From IMG/VR virus record IMGVR_UViG_3300035703_002708: a stretch of 64,000 bases of DNA; one strand, given 5' to 3'. Below are positions 47,019 through 57,982 of the stretch, piece by piece; within the stretch, counting starts at the first letter, position 1; each line of letters opens with the position of its first letter. The stretch is from a virus (Duplodnaviria > Caudoviricetes). The position numbers were made by a program, and so were the translations under genes. The notes under the pieces are model-generated. The model made no database searches. It was not told the DNA's origin and saw only the letters and a program-made list of their open reading frames with translations.

Positions 47019-49019
47019 GTGATGGAAAACAATGGTATTTTAAAAAGTTTTGATTTACAGGATGATTTGAATCCAAAAATTTGGAAAAAAAACTCAAAAG
47101 GGTCCTATACATTATCACCAGAAGTTAGAGAAAAACTTTTGGAAATTGCATACGAATTTATTGAATCATTAAAAGTAGATGTAATAGTATCAGATGTTCA
47201 TCTTACTGGTTCACTCGTCAACTTTAATTGGTCTCAGTATTCGGATTTTGATTTACATATCATAGCTGATTTTAATCAGTTTCCAAAAAAAAGTTTACCT
47301 CTTTACGAAGAGTTATTTAAACTTAAAAAAACCATATTTAATTCTGAACAGAATATTAAAATATACGGATACGATGTCGAGGTCTTTGTTCAGGATGAAA
47401 ATGAAAAAGGTCATTCTGCAGGTATCTTTTCTTTAATTTCGAATGATTGGTTAGAAAAACCAAAAAAAGAAAAATTTGAGGTAAATAAAACGATTCTTAA
47501 AAAGAAAATAGACCAATGGACTGAAAAAATAGATAAGGTCCTTGAGTCGGCACAAGAGGAGAAAGATTTAGAAAAATCTAAAAAATTAGTTAGTAACCTT
47601 AAAGAAAAACTCAAGGATTATAGAAAAATTGGACTAGAAAAAGGAGGAGAGATGTCTTACGAAAACCTTGTATTCAAATACTTGAGAAGAAGTGGACATA
47701 TAGAAAAATTGTTCGACTTCAAAAAAGACAGATTGAATAAGGAACTTTCATTGAATGAGGTTACTACAACTATTGGTGGTACTTTTAAGACTGACCTTGA
47801 GAATGGTCCTAAAAATCATGGAGCAAGAGCGTTCGGTAATTGGCAATCTGATAATGCTTGGGATATTTTTTCACCTCCTGGTACTAATGTAAATTCTTAC
47901 ACTAATGGAACTGTTTCAAGAGTTTACGATACTGGTAAAAATTCAGGAAAGGTTTATGGTACTCAAGTAACAGTATCAGGTGAAAAGGGTTTTCCTGATA
48001 TTTTTTACACTCATTTAAAAAATGTCAATTTGAAAAAAGGAGACAAAGTCAAAGTTGGTGATTATATTGGTCAAATTTCTGAATGGATTGGACATAAAGG
48101 AATGGAACATGTTCATATTGGTCTACCTCGAGGTAACCATTTAAGAAGTTTATTAGTTAACACTGAGAAAATTTTTTCAGGAAAAGGACCTATAAATCAA
48201 CCAGGTTCTAATACAGAAACTGATAGTGGTTATATTGGTTCCTTATTGACACAAGCAGATAAGTCCAAGTTTCTAAAAGATTTTATGGAGTTGGCGAAAA
48301 ATGATGTCAATTACAAATATGACTTAAGTAATAAAGGAAGGATACAATATCAACCAGAAGTTGAGAAAATTCAGGTTGCGCTGAAGTTTTTAGGATATGA
48401 CTTACCAAAGTGGGGTATCGATGGGAAGTTCGGACCCGAAACTGAATCCGCGGTAAAAGAATTACAAAAAAAATATAATTTGGGTGAAACAGGTGTAGTT
48501 ACTAAAATAGTTTTACAATATCTTTTCGTTCTTATAATCCAAAATGGATTTGAGCAAGCCGACCTAAGTAAAATACTGTCCCTAAAAGACGAAGGTTTTA
48601 CTAGTCCAAGCGTGTCTAACGATAAAGAATTTTACGAACAAATTTTGAAAGGTATCAATGCACCAATTACGGACGGTAATCTTAAGTTCCTTTATGCATG
48701 GAGACAAGCAGAAGGTGGTAAGGCAACTAACAATCCTTTTAACACCACTTTAAATTTAAAAAAAGACAATCTAAAGTCTAACTATAACAGTGTTGGTGTA
48801 AAAAACTTTTCAAACTCATCGTATGGTGTTGAAGCAACAGTAAAAACATTATTGAATGGGTATTATGATTGTATTGTTGATGGTTTGCGAAACGATATAG
48901 GTGCGGAAAGAATTAGTAAAATGTGTATGAGTCAATTGGAAAAGTGGGGTACTGGAGGATTAGTTTATAAAGTATTACAAGGTGGGACTATAAAACCACC
49001 CCCTATTTATGAAGCATAA
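47019..49019 (+). CDS. Fusion: Pol-beta-type nucleotidyltransferase + M23 peptidase + PG-binding + lysozyme-like domain
   Basis: TGSLVNFNWSQYSDFDLH and DVE (NTase); NHG..AWD, YTHL, HVHIG (M23); IDGKFGPETESAVKELQ (PGBD); WRQAEGG..NNPFNT. Confidence 0.75.
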   Translation: MMENNGILKSFDLQDDLNPKIWKKNSKGSYTLSPEVREKLLEIAYEFIESLKVDVIVSDVHLTGSLVNFNWSQYSDFDLHIIADFNQFPKKSLPLYEELFKLKKTIFNSEQNIKIYGYDVEVFVQDENEKGHSAGIFSLISNDWLEKPKKEKFEVNKTILKKKIDQWTEKIDKVLESAQEEKDLEKSKKLVSNLKEKLKDYRKIGLEKGGEMSYENLVFKYLRRSGHIEKLFDFKKDRLNKELSLNEVTTTIGGTFKTDLENGPKNHGARAFGNWQSDNAWDIFSPPGTNVNSYTNGTVSRVYDTGKNSGKVYGTQVTVSGEKGFPDIFYTHLKNVNLKKGDKVKVGDYIGQISEWIGHKGMEHVHIGLPRGNHLRSLLVNTEKIFSGKGPINQPGSNTETDSGYIGSLLTQADKSKFLKDFMELAKNDVNYKYDLSNKGRIQYQPEVEKIQVALKFLGYDLPKWGIDGKFGPETESAVKELQKKYNLGETGVVTKIVLQYLFVLIIQNGFEQADLSKILSLKDEGFTSPSVSNDKEFYEQILKGINAPITDGNLKFLYAWRQAEGGKATNNPFNTTLNLKKDNLKSNYNSVGVKNFSNSSYGVEATVKTLLNGYYDCIVDGLRNDIGAERISKMCMSQLEKWGTGGLVYKVLQGGTIKPPPIYEA

Positions 49020-50436
49020 TATTATGAAATCAGATTTATTAATTTTAAAAGAGGTAAAATTAAATTCTCCTTTAGATGGGGAATTGAACGTTACTAGCCC
49101 ATTCGGAAAATGGAGAGGTACTTATCAGCATCATGGTGTCGATATAGGAACACCATCCGGTAGTCAACTAAAAAGTCCTGCTGATGGTATTATAACGGTC
49201 GCTCACACTAAACAAAATGCTTGTGGGGGTACAATTACTATTGACCACAAAAATGGATTCAAAAGTCGTTTTTGTCATTTGAAAAGGATTGATGTTACTG
49301 TTGGTGACAAAGTTACCGCAGGACAGACAATTGCATTAACAGGTGGTGGTGCAAATGACCCAGGAAAAGGAAGGTCAACAGGTCCGCATTTACATTTCGA
49401 ATTCTATGAAAATGGGAGATTGGTAGACCCTATGAATTTTATTGATAAAGTAATATCACCTGGCGATTTCAAAGATTCCGAAAAACAAAGTGATATTTCT
49501 AATGAATTAATAACTAAAGCACAAAAATCTGATTTTTTAAAGAAGTTAAAAGATTTGGCCGAAAAGAATATCACATTTAAAAATTTAAAAAGTGAGGGTT
49601 CCAAAATACCATATAGAAAGGAGGTAGAAAATATTCAAATTGCACTACAATTTTTGAAACATTCTTTACCTGTATGGGGTGTTGATGGTTTATTTGGTCC
49701 TGAAACTGCAAACGCTGTTAAAGGATTTCAAAAAAAAATGAACCTTAAAGACACAGGTGAGGTTGACTCTGAAACTATGAAATATTTATACGCCTCTTTG
49801 GTTAAAAATAATTTTGAGGATTCTGATTTGAGTAAAATTAATTTTACAGGAGGATATAATTCGAACTTGTTGGATGTATCACCAAATTCGGTTTCATCTG
49901 ATTTTGAAACTATGACTAAAATAATAATAGATAATTTTGAGGGTGGTTATTATAATCCTGCATGGCATTATAAACCCGCAATGGGTCGTTCTGGTGAAAC
50001 AATGTTTGGAATGGATAGAGTGCACGGTGCAGGGTTGTTTAAATCGGGACCAGGTAAAATGTTTTGGGAAATTATTGATAAGAACAAATCAAAAGAAGTT
50101 TGGAAACATTATTATACGGGTGGACCAATAAAAGATGATTTGATTAAGTTAGTCGCAATGATTATGGAGGAGGCTTATAATGTAAATTCTAACACGTATT
50201 TATCACCTACTGCTCGTAAAATAGTAAACTCAAATAATGGTTTGATGTTTCATTTTTTATACGCATGTTGGAACGGTCCAGGTTTTTTCAAAAGATTTGC
50301 TAACATAATAAATAAGGCGGTTGAGGACGGTATCGAATCTCCACAAAAACTTCTGAGTATTGCAATAAATTCAAGATTGGATGGAGGAGTAACAAGAAAA
50401 AGCGGAGAAAAAATGTTGAAAATATTCAAAGCATAA
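49009..50436 (+). CDS. Multidomain murein hydrolase: M23 + PG-binding + GH108-like lysozyme
   Basis: HHGVDI, FCHL, STGPHLHFE; VDGLFGPETANAVKGFQ; FEGGYYNP..GETMFG. Confidence 0.8.
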   Translation: MKHNIMKSDLLILKEVKLNSPLDGELNVTSPFGKWRGTYQHHGVDIGTPSGSQLKSPADGIITVAHTKQNACGGTITIDHKNGFKSRFCHLKRIDVTVGDKVTAGQTIALTGGGANDPGKGRSTGPHLHFEFYENGRLVDPMNFIDKVISPGDFKDSEKQSDISNELITKAQKSDFLKKLKDLAEKNITFKNLKSEGSKIPYRKEVENIQIALQFLKHSLPVWGVDGLFGPETANAVKGFQKKMNLKDTGEVDSETMKYLYASLVKNNFEDSDLSKINFTGGYNSNLLDVSPNSVSSDFETMTKIIIDNFEGGYYNPAWHYKPAMGRSGETMFGMDRVHGAGLFKSGPGKMFWEIIDKNKSKEVWKHYYTGGPIKDDLIKLVAMIMEEAYNVNSNTYLSPTARKIVNSNNGLMFHFLYACWNGPGFFKRFANIINKAVEDGIESPQKLLSIAINSRLDGGVTRKSGEKMLKIFKA

Positions 50437-50520
50437 AATAAAAAAATAATATTCTTGTAAATTGATATATTTATAAAGAAAAATCTAAAAGATTATTAAC
50501 TTTTTTCAAAAAAAAACAAA

Positions 50521-51918
50521 ATGGGAAAACTTAAGCCTATAGGAAGTGAAAAATTGCAGGGTATGGAAAAAATACAACGTATCTTAGAAATTGCTAAATA
50601 CAAAGAATCACCATCATCGAATGTCAATGAAAATACTTCTGACAATTATAATATTGTTCTATCAGACGGTAATACTTACCATATAAATAAAGAAAAAAAT
50701 GGTTACGTAATAACACGTACATTGTCTGAGGGTACAACAGATTACATAGAACCTATGAAAAATAGGAGATATTATTCTTCATATTCACAGGCCTTCAAAA
50801 GATTGAATTTGATTGCTAAGGAGATAAATGTTATGACAGGTAATGAAGGTGGAATTTCTTTGTTTTCAGAACAGAAAAAATTTGTACTGAAAACTCCAAA
50901 TACTCCAGAGCCGGCGGCGGAACCGGTGGCACCTGCTCCTGCTCCTGCACCATCACCTGAACCAACAGGTGTAGAACCAAGTTTGGATGCCCCTGATATG
51001 GAAGAACCAAGTATGGATGCTCCTGATATGGAAGAACCAAATATGGATGCCCCTGATATGGAAGAACCAAGTATGGATGCTCCTGATATGGATTCATCAG
51101 ATGATGAAGATATGGTTTCGTTTAAAACTATTCAGAAACTAACTGGTAAATTAGGTCAAAAACTAAGAAAACTTAATCAAAGTGAAGAACCAATATCTGC
51201 TGATGATACGAAATATGTTATTAATTCAATACTTTCGGCTTTAGATTTATCTGTTTTGTCAGATGAGGACATGGAGGAAATAATCGGTAGATTAGAAGAT
51301 TCTGAATTCGAATCAGATGAAGAACCTGAAATGGAAGAACCTACTGATGAAATGGAACCTGAAATGGAAGAACCTACTGATGAAATGGAACCTGAAATAC
51401 CTGAAGGTGAGATGTTTGAATCTGAAAATGAAGAACAATGGGAGGGAACAATGGCAGGTGAATATGATTTAGGTTTCAGTGATAAACCCAAAAAATCAGA
51501 ACCCAAAGAGATGAATTTTAACAACTATGTAAAAAATAGATTTTCATCTGCAATTAATGATAAAATGGGTGAAATGACCGAGGATGAAAAAGTAGGGTTA
51601 GATAGTATTCTTGGTTCGGTATTTTCGGAATCTAAGGTAGATGATATTATAAAATCATACTTCGTAGAAACAGAATCTGAGAAAAAATTTATTTCAGAGC
51701 AAAAACAAAAAAGATTTTTGAATGAAAAGGTTAAAAAAATGAAAATAATGAAAGAAGTAAAAAACTTGTCAGAATCATTCGTACAAGAATCAACTTCATC
51801 AAAGTTTTTAGACAGATTTAAAAGAGCAAAATTCATCGGGAAAACTAATAAACATAATTTAGTTTTCGAGGTGGATGGTAAACAGTATAAAATTACCCCA
51901 CACGGAGCAATTCTATGA
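50521..51918 (+). CDS. Acidic low-complexity late protein (possible prohead/internal)
   Basis: 465 aa; MEEPSMDAPD and EPEMEEPTDEM repeats; TATTTAT at 50468-50474. Confidence 0.7.
   Translation: MGKLKPIGSEKLQGMEKIQRILEIAKYKESPSSNVNENTSDNYNIVLSDGNTYHINKEKNGYVITRTLSEGTTDYIEPMKNRRYYSSYSQAFKRLNLIAKEINVMTGNEGGISLFSEQKKFVLKTPNTPEPAAEPVAPAPAPAPSPEPTGVEPSLDAPDMEEPSMDAPDMEEPNMDAPDMEEPSMDAPDMDSSDDEDMVSFKTIQKLTGKLGQKLRKLNQSEEPISADDTKYVINSILSALDLSVLSDEDMEEIIGRLEDSEFESDEEPEMEEPTDEMEPEMEEPTDEMEPEIPEGEMFESENEEQWEGTMAGEYDLGFSDKPKKSEPKEMNFNNYVKNRFSSAINDKMGEMTEDEKVGLDSILGSVFSESKVDDIIKSYFVETESEKKFISEQKQKRFLNEKVKKMKIMKEVKNLSESFVQESTSSKFLDRFKRAKFIGKTNKHNLVFEVDGKQYKITPHGAIL
50986..51091 (+). repeat. 30 bp coding tandem repeat (about 3.5 copies)
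   Basis: gatgc(c/t)cctgatatggaagaaccaa(g/a)tatg units. Confidence 0.85.
51320..51397 (+). repeat. 33 bp coding tandem repeat (about 2 copies)
   Basis: gaacctgaaatggaagaacctactgatgaaatg units. Confidence 0.8.
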
Positions 51919-52328
51919 GTTATCTAATTTATGTTAATGGACTCGGACCAAACTATAAAGGTGATAACATTTATGAATTTATCTTTTCAGATGTTAAAGA
52001 AGAAGTTTGGGGTGAAAGCTGGGAATCGAAACCATCAAATGGAAATCCTCTACCCCCCAATATAGAGTTTATACGAAAAGTCGGGGTCTTGAAAAATGCG
52101 GAGATAAAACTCTCATTAATTCAAGATTCCGATTTTTTCTCTATGATTGACGCCTTAGATGATGTAATAGCATTAGCTTGGGAAAGTGACGATTCTGATA
52201 TAAATTTTGACATAGAAAAAAGATTAGTTTTCAGATACGGTGAAGACGAAAAGAAAATAAAAGATAAACTATATGAAAGAGATATAGTATTAGAATTTGA
52301 TAAACAAGTTGTTTATGAAAAAGAATAA
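51915..52328 (+). CDS. Hypothetical protein
   Basis: 137 aa, coupled by ATGA overlap. Confidence 0.7.
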   Translation: MSYLIYVNGLGPNYKGDNIYEFIFSDVKEEVWGESWESKPSNGNPLPPNIEFIRKVGVLKNAEIKLSLIQDSDFFSMIDALDDVIALAWESDDSDINFDIEKRLVFRYGEDEKKIKDKLYERDIVLEFDKQVVYEKE

Positions 52329-53058
52329 ACTGGCATTTAAATTAATTGACATGGGACTCAAAGCAGAAACATTAGCCAACTTAACTGAATCTCAATTAAG
52401 ATTATTATATAATAAACTAAACGAGGGTAAAAAAGAAACTAAGGAGGCAACAACTACTTACAAACCTGATGAAAAAATACCGGCGGACAAAGTTGACCCA
52501 AAAAACGTTACAAAAAACTCTGACGGTTCGGTTTCTGTAGAAGAAACTAATGAGGCAAAGAAAAAAGGTGGTAAAAAGAAATATAACCCTTGGGCTATTT
52601 GTACATCATCTGTTGGCCGTAAGGATAAGAAAAAATATGAAAGATGTGTGATGGATGTTAAAAAATCTATCAAAGAAGGAAAAGACCCTGTGAATTTGTT
52701 TTTGGAAGAAAAGATTGTATCTTTGCTAGAGAAGCACGTACAACCAAAAATTTCTAAAAAAGATTTTCTACAAATGATTTCGGAAACTGAAACCGCACCT
52801 GCGAAACCAAAGGTACCTGTGGTTGAGCCAGGGAAAAAACCAAAAACTCCGTTTAGTCCAAAACCTGGCGTTAAGACGGCACCCAAGGCCGAAACCAAAG
52901 AACAGGACACGGCAGAACCAATTGTAAAACCTAAAACACCAAAAACAAAACCTAAAACACCATTTAGTCCAAAACCAGGTGTTAAACCGGCACCTAAAGC
53001 TGGAAAAAAATCAGTACCTACTTGGTTAAAGTGGGATAATCTCGGTCTTAATTTTTAA
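52297..53058 (+). CDS. Basic K/P-rich hypothetical protein
   Basis: 253 aa; YNPWAICTSSVG..YERCV; duplicated PKTPFSPKPGVK.APKA; start may be 52315. Confidence 0.7.
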   Translation: MINKLFMKKNKLAFKLIDMGLKAETLANLTESQLRLLYNKLNEGKKETKEATTTYKPDEKIPADKVDPKNVTKNSDGSVSVEETNEAKKKGGKKKYNPWAICTSSVGRKDKKKYERCVMDVKKSIKEGKDPVNLFLEEKIVSLLEKHVQPKISKKDFLQMISETETAPAKPKVPVVEPGKKPKTPFSPKPGVKTAPKAETKEQDTAEPIVKPKTPKTKPKTPFSPKPGVKPAPKAGKKSVPTWLKWDNLGLNF

Positions 53059-53067
53059 TACGAAGTC

Positions 53068-54300
53068 ATGGCAAAATATAAAAGAATTAATGAAGCACCA
53101 ATTGATTATGAAGGTCCTGAAAGAATGGACCCAAGTATCGAAAGAAAAATTACAACTAAAACTACACCATACGCCGAACATCCAGGATTACCAAAGTTAG
53201 ATAGAGATGTTGTTGAGATTATTTCTTCCCAAAGATTCAAACAATCTGTAGAAAATGTGAGAAGATTTATGGGTGATACATCATCCATTCAAGGACCACC
53301 TCAACAAGTTCTGATGAAATTGATGCAATCCGCTATGAGATTATTTCCTAAAATTGCAAGTATCGAACAAAATCACAAAGAATTTTTAGAGAAACTGGCA
53401 GTTGATTTGGTTGTGAAAGAAATGGCAATTCCCGAAGGAGCACTTCAGTTTGATGCTGAATTAGTATCAGGTATGATGGGTTCTGCGGAAGGAATGAGAG
53501 GACAATCTGAAGAACCTTCACCCGAAGAAGTTAAAGATGCTTTTGGAAGTGCTAATGAAAATGCAGACGAACTTGAGGCTTTTATGGATGCGATGGAAAA
53601 ATTCGACCAACAAAAAGCAAAAAGAAGATTTATCAACGCACTTATTGGTGGAGCGTCAAAAAAGGGACACTATATGTATCAACTTGTTGGTGAGGAACTA
53701 AATAGATTACATCCCGAACTTGTTCGTTTATATGGTATGTCTCAATCTATCTTGGACCACTTATATTGGATTTATCCTGAAGATATGTCATCCGCTATGG
53801 CGGCTGCAGGTTCAGGTCAAGCAGGTCAATCAGAAATTGATACAGAAACTGACCCCCCTACAGTAAAGGCCCGTGGTGTTACTTTCCCTATTTTATTACA
53901 CGAATTAGTTAAAGGTGTTTTTGAAGTATTAGGAACTCACGGATTACCTGATGACCCTCGTCAAGCAGAAATGGTAATTGCGTCTCAAGATACACTTCCA
54001 GCAGAAATTTGGGATTTAAGATTAGGTCCTATTTTTTGGGAGAAATTTACGGCAGCATATCCCGACGAACTATTCGAAGAGGATAAAAAATACATCCAAC
54101 ATTACTTATTTCAAAGATTTTCGGCACTTGACCCAAAGAAATTTTTCAAACTAACTAAATTTATTTTGTCAGGTGACCCCAAAGGTAATCAAGTTCTTCA
54201 AATTATGGTTGATGAAATCGTAGAAGAACTAAAACAACAAGATAGAGAATCTATGTTTGGAAGTAATGATGACGACGAGGATGATGAACCTATGGTTTAA
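53068..54300 (+). CDS. Conserved late protein preceding terminase
   Basis: 410 aa; RINE|AP leader; LLHELVKG motif. Confidence 0.75.
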   Translation: MAKYKRINEAPIDYEGPERMDPSIERKITTKTTPYAEHPGLPKLDRDVVEIISSQRFKQSVENVRRFMGDTSSIQGPPQQVLMKLMQSAMRLFPKIASIEQNHKEFLEKLAVDLVVKEMAIPEGALQFDAELVSGMMGSAEGMRGQSEEPSPEEVKDAFGSANENADELEAFMDAMEKFDQQKAKRRFINALIGGASKKGHYMYQLVGEELNRLHPELVRLYGMSQSILDHLYWIYPEDMSSAMAAAGSGQAGQSEIDTETDPPTVKARGVTFPILLHELVKGVFEVLGTHGLPDDPRQAEMVIASQDTLPAEIWDLRLGPIFWEKFTAAYPDELFEEDKKYIQHYLFQRFSALDPKKFFKLTKFILSGDPKGNQVLQIMVDEIVEELKQQDRESMFGSNDDDEDDEPMV

Positions 54301-54303
54301 TCT

Positions 54304-56079
54304 ATGGCTTATACTAAAGAACAAGTATTAATAGAATATGTGAAGTGCGTAAAGGATACCCCTTACGCACTTCGCACATATTTACAGACCTATGATAATA
54401 CTGTGTCAAAATATGTTCCTTTAGAATTATTTCCTGACCAAGTTTCTTTGTTAGACGATTACGAAAACTATAACGAAAATATTGCATTAAAATATCGTCA
54501 GGCAGGAGTTTCTACCGTAACCGCTGCTTGGGCATCCAAAAGATTAGTATTTGCTAAAAAAACAAAACCAGAAAAAATTCTGATTATTGCCAACAAACTT
54601 GACACCGCTCAAGAAATGGCAAACAAAGTTCGTGGATTTGTAGAACAATGGCCTTCTTGGGTTGATGTTGGATTTACGAAAGAAAAAAATTCACAAAGAC
54701 ATTATAAATTAACAAATGGTTGTGAGGTAAAAGCGGTTGCAACATCAAAGGATGCTTTACGTGGTTATACACCGACTATATTGATATTCGATGAGGCGGC
54801 ATATATCGAAGCCGATGCAGACTTTTGGTCCGCATGTATGGCGTCCCTATCTACGGGTGGTAAAGTAATTGTGATTTCAACACCAAACGGTCACGACCCA
54901 ATTTATTATGAGATTTATGACCAAGCCGACAGAGGTATGAATGATTTCAAGGTCTCTGAAATGTATTGGTATAAAGACCCAAGATATACAAAGGATTTAT
55001 ATTTAGTTCAAACCGAAGATATAATCGATTATTTTTTAAATAAAGAAAATTACAAATCAGACCAAATAATTCATATGGAGGATTACAATGTTAATAATCC
55101 TGAACAATATGAAAAACTGAAACATTATATGTCAACAGGATACAAACCTAGTTCTTCTTGGTTTGAGTCTATGGTAAAAAAACTAAAGTATGACAAACGA
55201 AAAGTTTCTCAGGAATTGGAATGTAACTTCTTGGGTTCGGGTGATAACGTATTTGACTCAAAAATATTACAAAAAATAAGGGAAAATTTCATAAAGGACC
55301 CTGCAAACAGAATGATATCAAATTCATTATGGATTTGGAAAGAACCTGTTATGGGACATAAATACGTAATGGGTGTCGATGTATCAAGAGGAGATTCAGA
55401 GGATTACTCCACATTTCAGATAATTGATTTTGATACAAGAGAACAAGTCGCTGAATTTGTGGGTAAACTACCACCTGACACAATGGCAGAAATTTGTTTT
55501 AAGTGGGCTAATATGTATTCAGCATTCGTTGTAATTGATATCACCGGTGGTATGGGTGTGTCTACATCAAGAAAAATGCAAGAATTGGGATATAAGAACC
55601 TGTATGTTGATGGTGTAGATTACCAAAACAAATGGAAATACGACCCAAAACAAGCAGAAAAAATTCCTGGTATAAACTTCAACTCAAAAAGGGTTCAGAT
55701 AATAGCGTCTTTCGAAGAAGCTATTAGACACGATTTTGACATTAAAAGTTCAAGATTGTTAAACGAAATGAATAGTTTTGTTTATATAAACGGAAGACCT
55801 GACCATCAAAAAGGTGGACACGATGACTTAATTATGTCGATTGCAATGGCAATATATGTCGCGGAAGCCTCCTTTAGTCAACTCACCAAAGTTACAGAAC
55901 AAACAAAAGCAATGATAAATTCTTGGACCATACAAGAAGATGATACACCATCAAAATCAATCGCGTTTAACCCACAAATACCAAACTTTTCATCAAGATA
56001 TCAAGACCCCAATTTAAATTCAGGACCATCAAGGGAGGACTATATGAAATATAATTGGTTATTTGGGGGAATGAGATAA
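54304..56079 (+). CDS. Terminase large subunit (T4 gp17-like)
   Basis: LKYRQAGVST, LIFDEAA, ISTPNG, nuclease MGVDVSRG, HDDLIMS. Confidence 0.95.
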   Translation: MAYTKEQVLIEYVKCVKDTPYALRTYLQTYDNTVSKYVPLELFPDQVSLLDDYENYNENIALKYRQAGVSTVTAAWASKRLVFAKKTKPEKILIIANKLDTAQEMANKVRGFVEQWPSWVDVGFTKEKNSQRHYKLTNGCEVKAVATSKDALRGYTPTILIFDEAAYIEADADFWSACMASLSTGGKVIVISTPNGHDPIYYEIYDQADRGMNDFKVSEMYWYKDPRYTKDLYLVQTEDIIDYFLNKENYKSDQIIHMEDYNVNNPEQYEKLKHYMSTGYKPSSSWFESMVKKLKYDKRKVSQELECNFLGSGDNVFDSKILQKIRENFIKDPANRMISNSLWIWKEPVMGHKYVMGVDVSRGDSEDYSTFQIIDFDTREQVAEFVGKLPPDTMAEICFKWANMYSAFVVIDITGGMGVSTSRKMQELGYKNLYVDGVDYQNKWKYDPKQAEKIPGINFNSKRVQIIASFEEAIRHDFDIKSSRLLNEMNSFVYINGRPDHQKGGHDDLIMSIAMAIYVAEASFSQLTKVTEQTKAMINSWTIQEDDTPSKSIAFNPQIPNFSSRYQDPNLNSGPSREDYMKYNWLFGGMR

Positions 56080-56140
56080 TATTTATTTAGAACTACAAAA
56101 CTATTGTTTATCTATTTATAGTTGTAGTTAATTTTATTCT

Positions 56141-57958
56141 ATGGAAAATAATCAAAATCTTACAGTTTGGCAAAGGCTGACCAAAACATTTGGACCCTAT
56201 TCATTGTTAGGTCAGGACTACCCAACTTATCAATATGACAAAACGGAGTTGTTGAAAACGACCTCCAAACAACAATACGAAAAAGAAAAATTACAGGCTC
56301 AACAAACTTATTATTTAGCCAATCAGTGGACCAAAATTGAGAATAATTTATACACTCAAGCCACTTATTACGAACCAACAAGGTTAGCCTCGTTTTACGA
56401 CTTTGAATCGATGGAATATACTCCTGAGATTTCGGCGGCACTTGACATCTATGGTGAGGAATCAACAACAGTAAACCAAGATGGTCAAATGGTTCAAATT
56501 TATTCTGATTCACAAAGAATAAAATCTATTTTGACTGATTTATTTAATAACTCACTTGATATCAATACAAATCTACCGATGTGGACAAGAAATACTTGTA
56601 AATACGGTGATAATTTTGTGTATTTGAAATTGGACCCTGAAAAGGGTGTTGTTGGTTGTATGCAATTACCAAACATCGAAATTGAGAGATTGGAGATGGG
56701 TATGGCGTCCAAAACATATAATACTGAAGCCGACCCAAGAAATACTGGTTTGAGATTCAAGTGGAAAGCTCGTGATATGGAGTTTAACTCTTGGGAGATT
56801 GCTCATTTCAGATTATTGGGTGACGACAGAAAACTTCCATACGGAACATCGATGTTGGAAAAGGCAAGACGTATTTGGAAACAATTAATTTTGGCGGAAG
56901 ATGCGATGTTAATTTATCGTACATCAAGAGCCCCTGAAAGAAGGATTTTCAAAGTGTTTGTCGGTAATATGGATGACCAAGATGTGGAGGCATATGTAAA
57001 TCGTGTGGCAAACAAGTTTAAACGTCAACAGGTAGTAGACCATAAAACAGGAAATGTTGATATGAGATTTAATCAAATGGCGGTAGACCAAGATTATTTT
57101 GTACCTGTTCGTGACCCAGCACAGGCAAGTCCTATTGATACCTTACCTGGCGCTCAAAACCTAGCAGAAATTGCTGATATTGAGTATATCCAAAAGAAAT
57201 TATTGACTGCACTTCGTGTTCCAAAAGCATTTTTAGGTTTTGAGGAGCCTGTGGGTGATGGAAAAAATTTATCACTAATGGATATTCGTTTTGCGAGAAC
57301 AATCAATAGAATACAAAAAAGTATGTTGGCAGAAATGAATAAAATTGCCATCATACATTTGTTCTTATTGGGTTTCGAAGATGAATTAAGTAATTTTACA
57401 TTAGGATTGAATAACCCATCTCGTCAAGCAGACCTTTTGGCGGTTGACGTATGGAAAGAAAAGATATTACTTTATAAGGATGCTGTTACCGCAATTGAGG
57501 GAATCGCACCTGTATCAGTTTCTTGGGCTAAGAAACACGTACTTGGATTCTCTGATGAAGAAATCAAACTTGACTTACAACAACAAAGAATTGAGAAGGC
57601 GGTTGGTGCAGAATTAACAAATACTGCGACGATTATTGTTCATACAGGTATATTTGATAATGTCGATAAATTGTATGGTTCACAAACTGGAACTACCGCC
57701 GCAGCAGGTGCCACGCCCCCACCCCCTCCTGAAGGTGGAATGGAGGAAATGGGAGGAGGAGCACCTCCACCACCACCGCCAGGTCCTGAACCAGGTGGAG
57801 AAGCGGGAGTAACACCAGAGTCAAAAAAAAGAGATAATATGAATATATTACTCGAAAGTAATGATTTGATAAATGAAGATGACTTTATAGATTTATCTAA
57901 AGTTAGAAATTCTTTGGGTGATATTGGAAACGAACTTGATAGAATATTAAATGACTAA
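56141..57958 (+). CDS. Portal protein (T4 gp20-like)
   Basis: PEISAALDIY, YGTSMLEKAR, EDAMLIYR..RAPERRIF, DYFVP, IDTLPG. Confidence 0.93.
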   Translation: MENNQNLTVWQRLTKTFGPYSLLGQDYPTYQYDKTELLKTTSKQQYEKEKLQAQQTYYLANQWTKIENNLYTQATYYEPTRLASFYDFESMEYTPEISAALDIYGEESTTVNQDGQMVQIYSDSQRIKSILTDLFNNSLDINTNLPMWTRNTCKYGDNFVYLKLDPEKGVVGCMQLPNIEIERLEMGMASKTYNTEADPRNTGLRFKWKARDMEFNSWEIAHFRLLGDDRKLPYGTSMLEKARRIWKQLILAEDAMLIYRTSRAPERRIFKVFVGNMDDQDVEAYVNRVANKFKRQQVVDHKTGNVDMRFNQMAVDQDYFVPVRDPAQASPIDTLPGAQNLAEIADIEYIQKKLLTALRVPKAFLGFEEPVGDGKNLSLMDIRFARTINRIQKSMLAEMNKIAIIHLFLLGFEDELSNFTLGLNNPSRQADLLAVDVWKEKILLYKDAVTAIEGIAPVSVSWAKKHVLGFSDEEIKLDLQQQRIEKAVGAELTNTATIIVHTGIFDNVDKLYGSQTGTTAAAGATPPPPPEGGMEEMGGGAPPPPPPGPEPGGEAGVTPESKKRDNMNILLESNDLINEDDFIDLSKVRNSLGDIGNELDRILND

Positions 57959-57982
57959 TATTTATTATAAAATATTTGCAAA

